DNA of 64,000 nucleotides from Nageia nagi (lineage: Eukaryota > Plantae > Pinophyta), in the NCBI GenBank assembly GCA_050084985.1, contig JBITNC010000001.1:163618001-163682000 (forward strand). Reading direction: 5' to 3'. Position numbers and translations under genes: made by a program. Positions 1-11,919 of the stretch are shown in pieces; position 1 is the first letter of the stretch, and every line of letters starts with the position of its first letter. The notes below the pieces were generated by a model, which did no database searches, had not been told where the DNA came from, and worked only from the letters and a program-made list of their open reading frames with translations.

Positions 1-1160
1 TAAAGCAATTTCATACACTCTTATATCAAGAAAACTCTATAAAATTGTATGGAAAAAGTAATTCGACGTGTAGCCCTCCCACACAAATGTGATGATATTC
101 TTAGGGAGGCACATGATGGCATAGATGGTGATCATTTCAATGGATATCTAACAAGTAAAAAGGTATTACAATCTAGAATGTGGTGGCCTACTCTCCACCA
201 TAATGCCTAATTTTATGTTAAGAGTTGCAATGTATTCCAAAGAATCGATCAATCATGAGCATAGGATGAACTCCCACTTCAACTAGTAGTACCCTTGAAA
301 CCATTTGAAAAGTGTTTGATCAAATTTGTCGATCCTATATCACCCCTACCATGTAAATTAGGTTCAAGATATATTATTACTAAGGTAGAATATCTCACTT
401 TATGGATAGAAGCAGAGGCATTAAAAGATTGTATAGCACTAACAATAGTCAAGTTCATATACAAAAATATAATTATAAGGTTTGGATGCCTAAAGGAAAT
501 CGTAAGCAATCAAGGGAAACATTTTCTCAATCACACTATTAATGAGTTACTAAATTTATGATTTAGCATAATTGGTGTTCCCCATACCACCCATAAGAAA
601 ATGGAGTCATCAAAGCGATCAACAAAATTCTTGAATGAATATTGACAAAAATTGTATCTATAATTTAGTTAGAATAGGAAGAAAAATTACCAATTGTACT
701 ATAAGCATACATAATAACTTATAAATGCCTAAATAAGAAAATACCATTTGAATTAGTTTATGGAATTGAAGCAATGATCCTTATGTAATTCCAAGTTCTA
801 TCATTAAGAATTGCCCTAGTAATATGACTTAATGAAAATTGATCACTACAAGAATGAATTTTTACTCTCGTCCAATTGGATGAAAATTGATAGATAGCAT
901 TATATAACCAAATGCAAGAAAAGTATTGATAAAAAGCATGATATTATAGATATATTAAAAATAAAAAATTCAGAATCAATGACTAATTCCTTTTATATGA
1001 TAGTCAGTATAAACATCATCCTAGAAAATTATGAATTCAATGGTTTGAGCTTTACATTTTCCACCATATTAAAGGTAAAGAAATAGTATAACTATAGATG
1101 TTAAACAAACTAATTCAACCAAGTTTTGTAATTGGCCATAGACTAAAGTAGTACACTCCT
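1..1160 (+). pseudogene. Decayed Ty3/Gypsy integrase (non-chromovirus, Athila/Tat-like)
   Basis: Translates to ILREAHDG..GDHFNG..TSKKVLQS..WWPTL..C (HHCC zinc-binding region). ORF 295-561 gives PFEK..FVDPI..RFGCLKEIVSNQG.HF (rve core). Ends with a (N)GHRLK.Y-like C-terminal motif near 1133-1155. Many in-frame stops. Confidence 0.85.
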
Positions 1161-4066
1161 TGATAGGATGCATGATTCACATATTGAAATATGGAAATAA
1201 CTTTAAAAATACACTTGTATTATAGTAGTATAGATTATTTACATTAGATTTCAGATATATTCAAAATATTTATCGTTGTTTGTTTCTTTTTTCAACTTAA
1301 CAATACAAAATGCATCTCACCAAACACCTTATTAAATTGGGGAGTACATAGGGATCAAAACCAATAACATAAGTAATATCAAAATCAACCAAAACTAATA
1401 GTTCATACATTTGCAAATGATCCATAAAACCTACTTCAGTATTTAATTTGGATCTTCATACTTTGTTCATTTTAGTTCTTGCATAAATTAAAAAATGCAT
1501 ACCAAATCAAAAACACACAAAATGATGTACACACATATTTACCTTGGTTGGATTGATGTGGTCACTTTTATGATCCTTCTTTCTTCATTCTTTCATTTGT
1601 CTAAGCTGAATCACATGATCACTGTAGGCTCTCCACTAAATCCCTTTCTTGAATATGAGTACTCTCTTTTCAACAAAATTCCTTAAGCATAGTTCCACAT
1701 CTCTTGGCCCAAGATGACATATTTAGAAATATTCTTTTTATTATTCTTCTTTTTTCATCATGGCGATTATGTCATCCACTTCTTTCTCCATGGAAATAAT
1801 CTTGTCAATGTTCTTTTTCTATTTCTATGCAAACTTGAAATGTAGCTCCAATATTACTATCATGGTTTTGTTATTTTCCATAGAGTTTACAATAAAATGG
1901 AGTCTTCTACATTATTTTCAAACCTACACTAACTCCCTCTTTGGAAGAAAATCCACTAAAAAGGAATTCCATTTTTCCATACTCCTCCCTTTTATAACAT
2001 TAAGGGATTACAAATTTGTAGTTTATGGTTACATGGTGATAATATAATATTTATTATTTTTCCTCCTTTGCAATATGATATCTCACCCTCATAATAATAA
2101 TCTCCCTCATTTGTATTCCCATTGCATTATTTGGCCTCATATGGTTATATTCTCCTATTTTTTTAGATTTTACAAAACTATCAAAACTGCTTCTGGTGCC
2201 ATTTTGTCATGACCACAACTTCATGATAATAATTCCAAATGTCATGAAATTTCATCTAGGTGTTCTTGGATATACCTTAAGTGGTCCTAATTTCATTATT
2301 TAAATCCTTACTAGTAGCTCCCAACATTGTCATCAAGTTAGCCTCCAATATAGATTTGCACTTGGTAGTTGTCAAAATTTTGATTGTCATGAATGTAGAA
2401 TGAGAATTTACTATTTCGTGAGTGCAAAAAATTTCAAGTTTTTAATAAAAATACCTTCAAATTTTAACCATATGTTCACCATAATACGAGGTACCAATAA
2501 TTCAAATTTCAAGCTATGAATCAACCCAAGATGCTCTTGGTGATTCTATCAATAGAGCCTTCCATGCATATTTTGCATTTTGTATATTTAACTCCAAATT
2601 TTGAAAAGTCATAACTTAGAAACCATATCTCTATTTTATTCATCATTTGAAGCATTGAAATGTTGTAAGAGAGCTCTTTAATATAGAATGTAATAATCAA
2701 CAAAATTATAAACTTAAAAAATCACCTTTTTTAAGACTCCAAAATTCATTTTGGATTAGCAAAACAAAAACAATGTAGTAATACAACATACAACCAAAAA
2801 AAATTGATGGAAAACCACATTGTATAACCATTTCTCTATTTTCTCTTACTATGGGGATGATGGCAATCAAGTGGCTACTCCCAAATGGTGTTCTAATTCA
2901 CCCTTATGATAGATCCAATAATGTAGTAGCTACTCCCAATAACTTTGCTTGCTTTGAAGCCTCTCAATGATGCTTTTCCAACAACCACAACATATGTTCC
3001 AATTCCATGTTTAAAATTCCACCACCTTCATGCAATTGGATCATCACTACATGCAAATCCATTAGTCCAACTAAGATAAAATAGATCGAGAAAATAAAGA
3101 ATAAAAATACAAAGTAATAGAAAATTAAATCCCATAACATGAATTTATAGTGAATTTTGGTTAAAAATATTAATCCATGAAAAATTAAATGCATTAATTT
3201 AAAATATTCTCCTTTACCTTTGCATATGATAAATAACTCATAAACACAAGCAGAATATTTAAATTGCATTGGAATTTGAATCTCATCTCGAGAAACTAGC
3301 CAACATGAGTAGGGAGCACAAATTGGGATGCATGCATTTAATTCATATGACACCAACATAATGAATAGCATACTACCATTGATCCAATATATGACTATGA
3401 AACACCACCTCACCCACCACTACATGTCTCTGATACCCACTGAGTAAATTATGATAAAACCAACTCAACATGCAATACCACTCATCGATTTTAAACCCAA
3501 TAAAGATAATACCTCATAACCAAAAAACCCCCACCAAAGTAATCCTACCACTGCAAATGGAGTAGCAGATTCATTAGTAGCAGAGAGTTATAGAAGCCAT
3601 TGATAGAGAAACTAGAAATAGAGGTGAAAGAAATGGCACCAAAAAGGAAGTAACCACATCCAATAAATTATGATAAGGATCGATTTGTGGAAAGCTTTCT
3701 CGACTACCATTTCATGGAGGTACTAGATGAGGTGGATGGAATCGATGAATGCATTTCGTACATTAATACCATGAAATTGGAGGACCCTAATGTTACAGAT
3801 ACATGATTAGATGTAGAGAAATTAACACTAGAATAGTTTAAGGTGTTTGATGCAATAGATTTGTAGAACCTACTGAATATGCTGAATTTATGCTCTTATG
3901 GGAATGTGGTGAAGTTTATCTACAATTGTTACCATAATAATATGTTATGGATAGATAAGCTATATGAAATTACAAAAGAAGTGGTTGAACAAGTTATTGA
4001 TCTAAAGATAGAGGGAGTCAACCATGATCATTTGATGGTAAGAAAGAACTCAGTAAGAGCTAAGAC

Positions 4067-4536
4067 TAATGAATTTAATCCTTTTTGAATAAACTCTAAA
4101 CTACTAAGATCTCATGGAGGTTCATACAACAACAATACAAAAACTCAATAACATAAGGCAATCTCACAAATAACACAAGATATAAGTGGTTCCTTCCTCC
4201 TTGGAAGTACATCCACTAACTAAGATCTTCTTATTTTGAATGACTCTCTTACAAAATATCTCCTCTCTCTTCAAATCCTAATCCTAGCTTTACAATAATT
4301 CTAATATAATGAGAGGAGGGGTACCTCTCAATTTATAAGGAGAAACCCATCCTTTAACCTCCCTTTGACCCAAGGGTAAGGTTAAAGATGTTTCTATTTT
4401 AATCCTATTTCTAAATTTATTCCTCTTTCTATTTTTATTTCTTTAATGATTTAAGGTATCTAAAAATACTTTAAGTATTAAGTGAATTTACATTTAAAGA
4501 GAAATATAATACAATATTACATTATAAATTCTAACA
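4067..4536 (-). repeat. 3' LTR of Copia 4067-11919
   Basis: Aligns over its full length with 11450-11919. Ends ...attctaaCA and is followed by the PPT. Confidence 0.95.
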
Positions 4537-5544
4537 CTCTCCCTTAATGTAATATTGGAATAGATCTTAAAGAAAGAAGAGAGAGAGTTGTCTTCCAAAA
4601 AGATACAGGCAAAGATGAGAACTTTTACATCATTGAGAAATAAGCAAGATCTTATTTTGAGACTCATTACAACACCATTTGATAAAATGGTTTACAATAT
4701 AATCAATAACCATAATTGGTTTCACTGTAAGTATATTTGATCAACATTGACTTGATATGTGAGCCTCCATGAGTTGTATAAAGCAACCTGCATTCTCAAG
4801 ATTAAACTTGCAAGCTACAATAAGCTCATAAAAAAGACCTATTAGATGCATTATATAAACATTTATATAAATCACAATATAAATAAACTAAGTAATGCCA
4901 TCAATAAACTGATCAATGATGCACTATAATTCATCACAAAGATGCCAAACCAATACTTATGGTCATATGTTGTATATTTGAAACATGTGTTAATCAAACA
5001 AGAGCATATGCATATATAACAAACTCAAATATGGATAACCAAATAGTGCCAATAAACACATACTGATTCCTCACATAGTGATAACAAAAAATGTACCATG
5101 AGTTCCTCATAGAGAGCGAACTAACCATAAAGGTGTACATTTAGATCAACACTATACAACAAAAAATACTTCTAGGGATGAAGTTATCATCATAGACATG
5201 AATTCATATAGGAATTCAGACTTCACTCCCCCTTAATAACTTCACTACTATAATAAATTATCAAAGTGAGCACATAAAGTTTCTTACCATGGCTAGTGAA
5301 TAAATTAGGAGAGACGAATTCAAATGAACAGAGTTGTAGTTGTTGCATCAAGAACTTTCTTGTTGATACAATGTGTTTGGATTTGTGATACACTATAATT
5401 CATCCAAGCTCATACTTATAGTTACCAAAAGAGGAATGTATAAACAAAAGATATAAATCAAACAAAATTTGAATAACTTTATTAATAAGGTAGAAATGAT
5501 AATGGATTCAATAAGAATTCAACATTTACTTCCCTTTTAAGGAT

Positions 5545-8500
5545 AACTTCACCAACCCAATAGACTCCTTAAGCTTACAAAACTAACCTTTAAGAAGGGT
5601 TTTGGTGAATAAATTAGTAGATTTTAGGACTGTTGGACAATATTGCAAGTGTAGAAGACCATCCAAAACCTTCTCTCTAATGAAGTGATCTTGAATTTCT
5701 ATGTGCTTTGTTCTCTAAAGGAAAATAGGATTTTTTGCCAAAGAAGTATTTTATTTATTATATAAAGAAAAATTAGATTGAAAAACTTGCTCATACCAAA
5801 CTTATTTCATAATATGCCTCAATAATATGGCTTCTTGGCCTACAAGTGACATTACATGATATTCAATATAAGTGGTGGAGAGTGCAGTAGTAGGTTGCTT
5901 CTTGGAAGCCCAAGAGATAGAACCTAAACCAAGACTAAACACATAAGTATAGGTTGATTTTATATCATATCTATCTCTCCCATAATTATAATATGAGAAT
6001 CTTGAGGGAACAAATAAGGGTAACTTATCATATTTGAGAGCAAGATCTTTAGTGCTCACAACATACCTCAAAATTTGCTTAACAAAATTGAAGTGTTCAA
6101 CATATGGTTTTTGCATAAAGTGAGCCATCAAATTCATATAAAAGGCAATATTTAGCCTAGAGATAGTCAAGTAAATAAAACTACCAATAAGTTACTTGTA
6201 AGCTATAGCATCTATCAATTGAGATTTGGAACTGAGAGACATAGTGATTCTAGGAGAGATAGGGATTGTAGCATACGTGCATTCTTTCATTCCAAATTTT
6301 TATAATATATCTGATATATACTTATATTGACTAAGGTAAGTACAACCCTAATATTGGTACACTTTCCTACCAAGGTATTAGTGCAATAAACCAAGGTTTG
6401 TCATTTTGAAGGTCACCTTAAGTTTGGAGATGCACTCTTAGATGAAGACTATATTGTTCGCTGTAATCAATAGATCATTAACATAAAGAAGAATAAATAA
6501 TAAGTATTTTTATTGGTTGAGCACATAAAGATCTATATTAAAGAAGCATTTTAAAAAACTAATTTCCTCAAAGAATCCTAAAATCTTATGGTACCAGGCA
6601 CTAGGTGCTTGCTTACATCCATACAAAGACTTCTTTAATTTGTGAACAAAAGATTCTTTTCCTTCCATAACAAACCCTTCTAGTTGATTCATGTAGATTT
6701 CCACATCTAAATCACCATTGAGAAAGGCACTCTTAACATCAAGTTGAAATAATTTCCATCCTTGAGCTACTGAGAGAGCAAGAATTACCCTGACAGTAGG
6801 CATCTTTGCCACTAGAGAAAAGGTTTTTTCATAATCAACTCAATATTTTTGAGCAAAAATTTTGGCTGCTAACCTTGCTTTGTATTTCTCAATTTCTTCA
6901 ACTAAATTATATTTGATATTATAAACCCATTTTTTACTAATCACATTGTGTTCATTAGGATAAGGAACCAAATCTCAAGTTTGATTCTTCATTAGAGCCT
7001 CATACTCCACTTGCATGGTATTCATCCAACATTCCTACTTAGAAGCTTTTTTGAATGATGAGGGCTCATTCTTACTATGAATTTTGAAAAATAAAGATTT
7101 ATTTAGAGTCTACTCCTTGTTATGCTTTGTGTTGGGGAGTTTTATTCCTTAGATGATAAATCTACACTGACATCCACCGAGATAGGTGCAACAAAAGAAT
7201 CATCATCCTTATCTAGGTTTTCATGAGAAATATATTCTTCAGGAAGTTCATTTAACTTGAAATCCCTTGAGATAAAAATTTCTCTAGCAAAAGGTTGATA
7301 TAGCCTATAGCCTCTATGTTGATTATCATAACTAACAAAGATATACTTTTCGGATTTCTTATCCATCTTCTTCCTTTTCTTAGGAACAACAAAGGCATAA
7401 GCATCACAACTAAAGACTCTAAAGTGAGAGATGTTAGGTTTCTTTCCTATATATGCATCATAAAATTTTTTTCCTTAAAATACTTTTGTAAGATACCTAT
7501 TTAAGATGTAGATTGTAGTATTTATAGCTTCACCCCATAAGAAGCTAGGAAGATCACCCAACATACATATAGCCATTTCTTGAATGGTTCTATTCTTCCT
7601 TTCAGCCACATTGTTCTATTTAAGAGTATAATGGATTGTAAAATGCCTCTTGATTTCATACTTGGTACAATAATAATTAAATTCATTACTATTATACTCA
7701 CCCCCATTATCAGATCTTAACATCTTGATTTTGAATCTAGACTAATTTTTTTACCAAGGATTTGAAATCATTGAACCTATCAAAGGTTTTATCCATGTGC
7801 TCTAAAACATAACCAAATTTTATCCTACTAAAGTCATCAATAAAGGTTAAAACATAAGATGCTCTCCCTAGAGACTTAATTAGAAATGGACCCATCAAAT
7901 CTGAATGCACAAGCTAAAGAAGTTGAGTTGCTCTAGTTGCCTTATCCTTAGCAAATTTTTGCTGATTCATTTTACCTATAATACACTTCTCACAAAGACA
8001 ATTATAGATGAAATTGCAAGCAAACCTTTTACAAGTTCATGATATTCAATAACTTGAATTTTCTAATGGTTAAGGTGGCCTAAACGATGGTGCCAAAGAT
8101 TACCTCTAGAGCAAACATTAGTTGCAAGGCACATCTTTATTGGAGATTGATCCATAATGTAAAGATCATCTTTCACTAATCCTTTCACCAAAGTAGCAAT
8201 ACCCTTTTTCATGCACCAATACTATGGGGTAAACTCAAAAGAGTAACCTTTATTTACAACCTAAACTATAGAAAAAAGATTCATAGTAAGTTTAGGCATA
8301 TAAAGTACATTCTTAAGAATCGTTCCTTGCAACCACACACTCCCAATACCTTGAACTTTAAGGACTAAATTATCACCTATCATAATTGCATCTTTTTTAT
8401 GTTTATGAAAATTTTCAAACTTATTTTTTTCAAAACACATATGATTAGTGCATCTAGAATCAATAATCCAATCATGGAAAAAAGTGCATGACTTAGAGTA

Positions 8501-9480
8501 AAAAGCAACAACATAACCAAAATGTTTGTTCTTCTTCTTGTTATTAGAATTATTTGATTTTTTAGATTCTTTTCCACCTTGACCTTTCTTTTTCTTGAAG
8601 TAGTCAACTTCTTTATGGCCATAGCTGCCATAGAAATTACAATTTCCATCTTGCTTTTTCTTTTTCTTATGATAATAAACTTCCATATGACTATAAATGT
8701 TACAAAAATTATAAGTTCCATCAAATTTATCTTTGGTTCTCTTGAACTTATCTTGACCATAATTTTTCCTATTTCCACCATTCTTGAAGTTCTTCTTAGG
8801 AGCATGAGAACCATTCTTTTGGTTATGACCCTTGTTTTTGAATTGAGGATTCATTGGTCCTAGTGCCATAGAGGATTTCTTAGGAGTGGTGACCAAAGCT
8901 TTATTGTTAAGTGTTTCCACATGTTTTAATAGATGCTTAGACAAAATTTCTAAGGATACCAATTCTTTCTCATCATCAAGATTAGTTTCAATAATAGTCA
9001 CAAAAAATTTAAACTTAGAATAAAGGCTTTGAAGGATGATGAAAGTCAAAAACTCATTGTTGATCCAATTGCAACTACATTCCACAAGTTGAGTCCTAAT
9101 ATCAATGACCTTATTTAGATATATTGCCACACTTTCTTTTTCTTCTTGATGAGTTTGCAGTAATTTCTAAAGAATGGTAAACCTCCTAGAGGCTTTAGTA
9201 CCAAGATAAATACTTTTTAATTTATCCTAAGCTTCCTTTGCAGAGTTTGATGAAGATATCATGAGAAGGATCTCATCTAAAATTGCATGAAAGATCATAA
9301 AGGTTGCCTAATCATTCTTTATGTTGTAAGCTTCAAGTTCCTTCTCTCTAGGTAGAGTGACTTATTTTTCACTAACAATCATCCAAATTTTTTATGCTTG
9401 AAGTTCTGCTTTCATTCTAGATTTCCAAATATCAAAGTTGGAACCATCCAAGATATGCTTGCATGAAAAGAGTCTCCCAT
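5545..9480 (-). pseudogene. Copia gag-pol polyprotein (disrupted)
   Basis: Gag LDGSNFDIWK start and two decayed Zn knuckles; protease WIIDSRCTNHM (ORF 8261-9130); integrase LVHSDLMGP; RT LFQLDVKSAFLNGDL..SLYG.KQAP.AWY (6510-6812); RNase H ISWASKKQPTTALSTT (5802-6170). Confidence 0.92.
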
Positions 9481-10199
9481 TGCTACAAAATAATATGAAG
9501 GAAATAAACAATGTAAGCATATTTGTTGAATTTTTTTAAAAAAAAATCATCATGCAAATACATGTATGAACTAATCAATAAATCAAATGCTAAACTAATA
9601 ATAGAAATAATAACCATACATCCAAAATCTTCATCACCAAGGATAATTGTAAAGAGTTGAGGCTTGTTTTCTTGTATAAAAATTAGGCCTTCACTTGGAT
9701 GCTTGCAAGGAGTCCAAGACCTACCAATCCTCAACCAGTTCCCCTTAGGAAGTAATATACTCTTACAAGAAGAAGTAATAGCTATTTTTTAAGGTTGTGA
9801 CATATGTTGGATTGACTAAATTAATTATCTTGATTAAATTTTTAGTTTTCCTCCTAAGTTATTATGATAATCCCTAAATGGATGGATAGACATGGGTATC
9901 ACTACACACATGCCTATCCACCTATATAGAGTTAAATCCAGACCAATAGAGGACTTAGGAGGAATTGAGAAGTACAAACTTTTCACCATTCGGGTTGTTA
10001 AATTAAAAGGCTTTAGTCTACCTTATCCTCACCTTATGGCTCCCCAAAAAAATCATGTTACGGAATAATCATGCAGATGTGTTCATTTTAGGGGAAGCAA
10101 TTTGTCAATATTTACATACTTTATGTATAAAGTAAAGTGCAAAATAAAAAAATGCTTTAAATGTAAAACTTCATCCACACTTTTACAATAGGTATGAGC

Positions 10200-10460
10200 T
10201 AAAGAGTCCAATGGTTTTTTTTAACAACCCCTAATGGACTTTTTTTTACAATGTGTTCATTTAACTTTTAAGAAACCACATTAATTTAAATAACAACATT
10301 CAAACCCTAAGAGTCCAATGGGTATTATTAAAAAACCCTAATGGATCTCCTTTAATAAAAGGCTCATTAATTTAATTAACAACATTAAAACCCTAAGAGA
10401 CCAATGGGTATTGTTAAAAACCCCTAATGGATATCTATACAAAAAAGGTTCATTAAATTC
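10200..10460. repeat. Degenerate three-copy repeat in the Copia 5' UTR
   Basis: aagagtccaatgg...ccctaatgga recurs at about 10202, 10309 and 10395. Confidence 0.7.
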
Positions 10461-11449
10461 TCCCCCTTGTTACTTAAAAATAAATAATTTCATTAGCCAT
10501 CCACATGTGCAATAATTATGATTTAAAAAAAAAAAATTAAAATTATACATTTAAAATTATTTCTCTTTCAAAAAAAATTAGCAAACATAGGTTTGAATGC
10601 ATAATTGATATGAACATTAAGACAAAAAATTAATTCATGCTAACAATGAATTCTTGTATGTGATAAATGTATTCATCCACATTAATCCAAGCTTTCATTA
10701 ACTCATGCAAGATTTTCAAATTTATTAAGTGCTTAGATTAAGTTTGTAAAATAGCACTTAAATAAAGCTATTTAGTAATTTATTAAGTTGTAAAAATATA
10801 TATATAAAAGCTTGAATGTTAAAAAACATGCAATGTTTTAAAAACTTGCAATATTGTCTACTGAAGCAAAGGAGGGCATGAATGGATTACTAGACTTTTT
10901 TTTATTTACTTTTTTTTATAAATATATTGTAATAAATTAATAAACCTATTAATTTATAATAACAAAATTTGTAATTTTTGAATTTGTATATGTTTTTTTT
11001 TTAAAATATACTACCTTGTATGCATGCAATAATGTACGATATTTGCATGCAACAATGCATGATTTTTTTATGCATGCAATAATGCATGTTTTTTTACAAA
11101 CAAACTAGTGTAGTATTGTAAAAAAATGTAGTAACAACATGATTGTAAAAAATTGCAAGACTTGCACATGTAGCTACACATTAAGCAATTTATTAAAAAT
11201 TGCAACTAACAAATTATTGTTAGTAGATAATAATGTATAATAATTGAACTAACATGCTAGTAAAAAAAAAAAAAAATTTGCTAAACTTAAGCTCATCACA
11301 AAAATTAGTGATAAAAGGAAAATTTGACAAGAAGAGATAGAAGATTATATGTTCAAACCTTTTTATCTCAACAAAGTAGATGTAGCAGGTGAAGGAATAA
11401 CCCTCAAAGACATTGATGAGAAGCCTCTAAGAACTACTCTAATACCACT

Positions 11450-11919
11450 TGATGAATTTAATACTTTCTAAATAAACTCTAAACTCCTAATATCTCATGG
11501 AAGTTCATACAACAACAATACAAAAACTCAATAACATAAGCCAATCTCATAAATAACACAAGATATAAGTGGTTCTTCCCTCCTTGGGAGTACATCCACT
11601 AACTAAGATCTTCTTATTCTAAATAACTCTCTTATAGAATATCTTCTCTCTCTTCAAACCCTAATCTTAGCTTTACAACAATTCCAATACAATGAGAGGA
11701 GGGGTACCTCTCAATTTATAAAGAGAAACACATCCTTTAACCTCCCTTTGACCCAAGGGTAAGGTTAAAGATGTTTTTATTTTAATCCTATTTCTAAATT
11801 TATTCCTCTTTCTATTTTTATTTCTTTAATGCTTTAAGGTATCTAAAGATACTTTAAGAATTAAGTGAATTTACATTTAAAGAGAAATATAATACAATAT
11901 TACATTATAAATTCTAATA
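11450..11919 (-). repeat. 5' LTR of Copia 4067-11919
   Basis: Direct repeat of 4067-4536, adjacent to the PBS and flanked by TSD AAGAC. Confidence 0.95.

Larger units (their letters stand above)
4067..11919 (-). mobile_element. Full-length decayed Ty1/Copia LTR retrotransposon (7.85 kb)
   Basis: Two 470-bp LTRs at 4067-4536 and 11450-11919. TSD AAGAC at 4062-4066 and 11920-11924. tRNA-iMet-type PBS (reverse complement of ctctaatacca, ~11437-11447). PPT at 4537-4547. Domain order gag-PR-INT-RT-RH on the minus strand. Confidence 0.95.

Noticed and set aside
1495-3413. Hydrophobic short ORFs as env or membrane proteins
   Set aside because: The composition is what AT-rich decayed TE sequence gives by chance. 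No consistent frame or motif could be reconstructed.
3428-3442. PBS-like ctctgataccca
   Set aside because: Imperfect, with no identifiable LTR or partner next to it. Could be chance or an unrecognisable relic.
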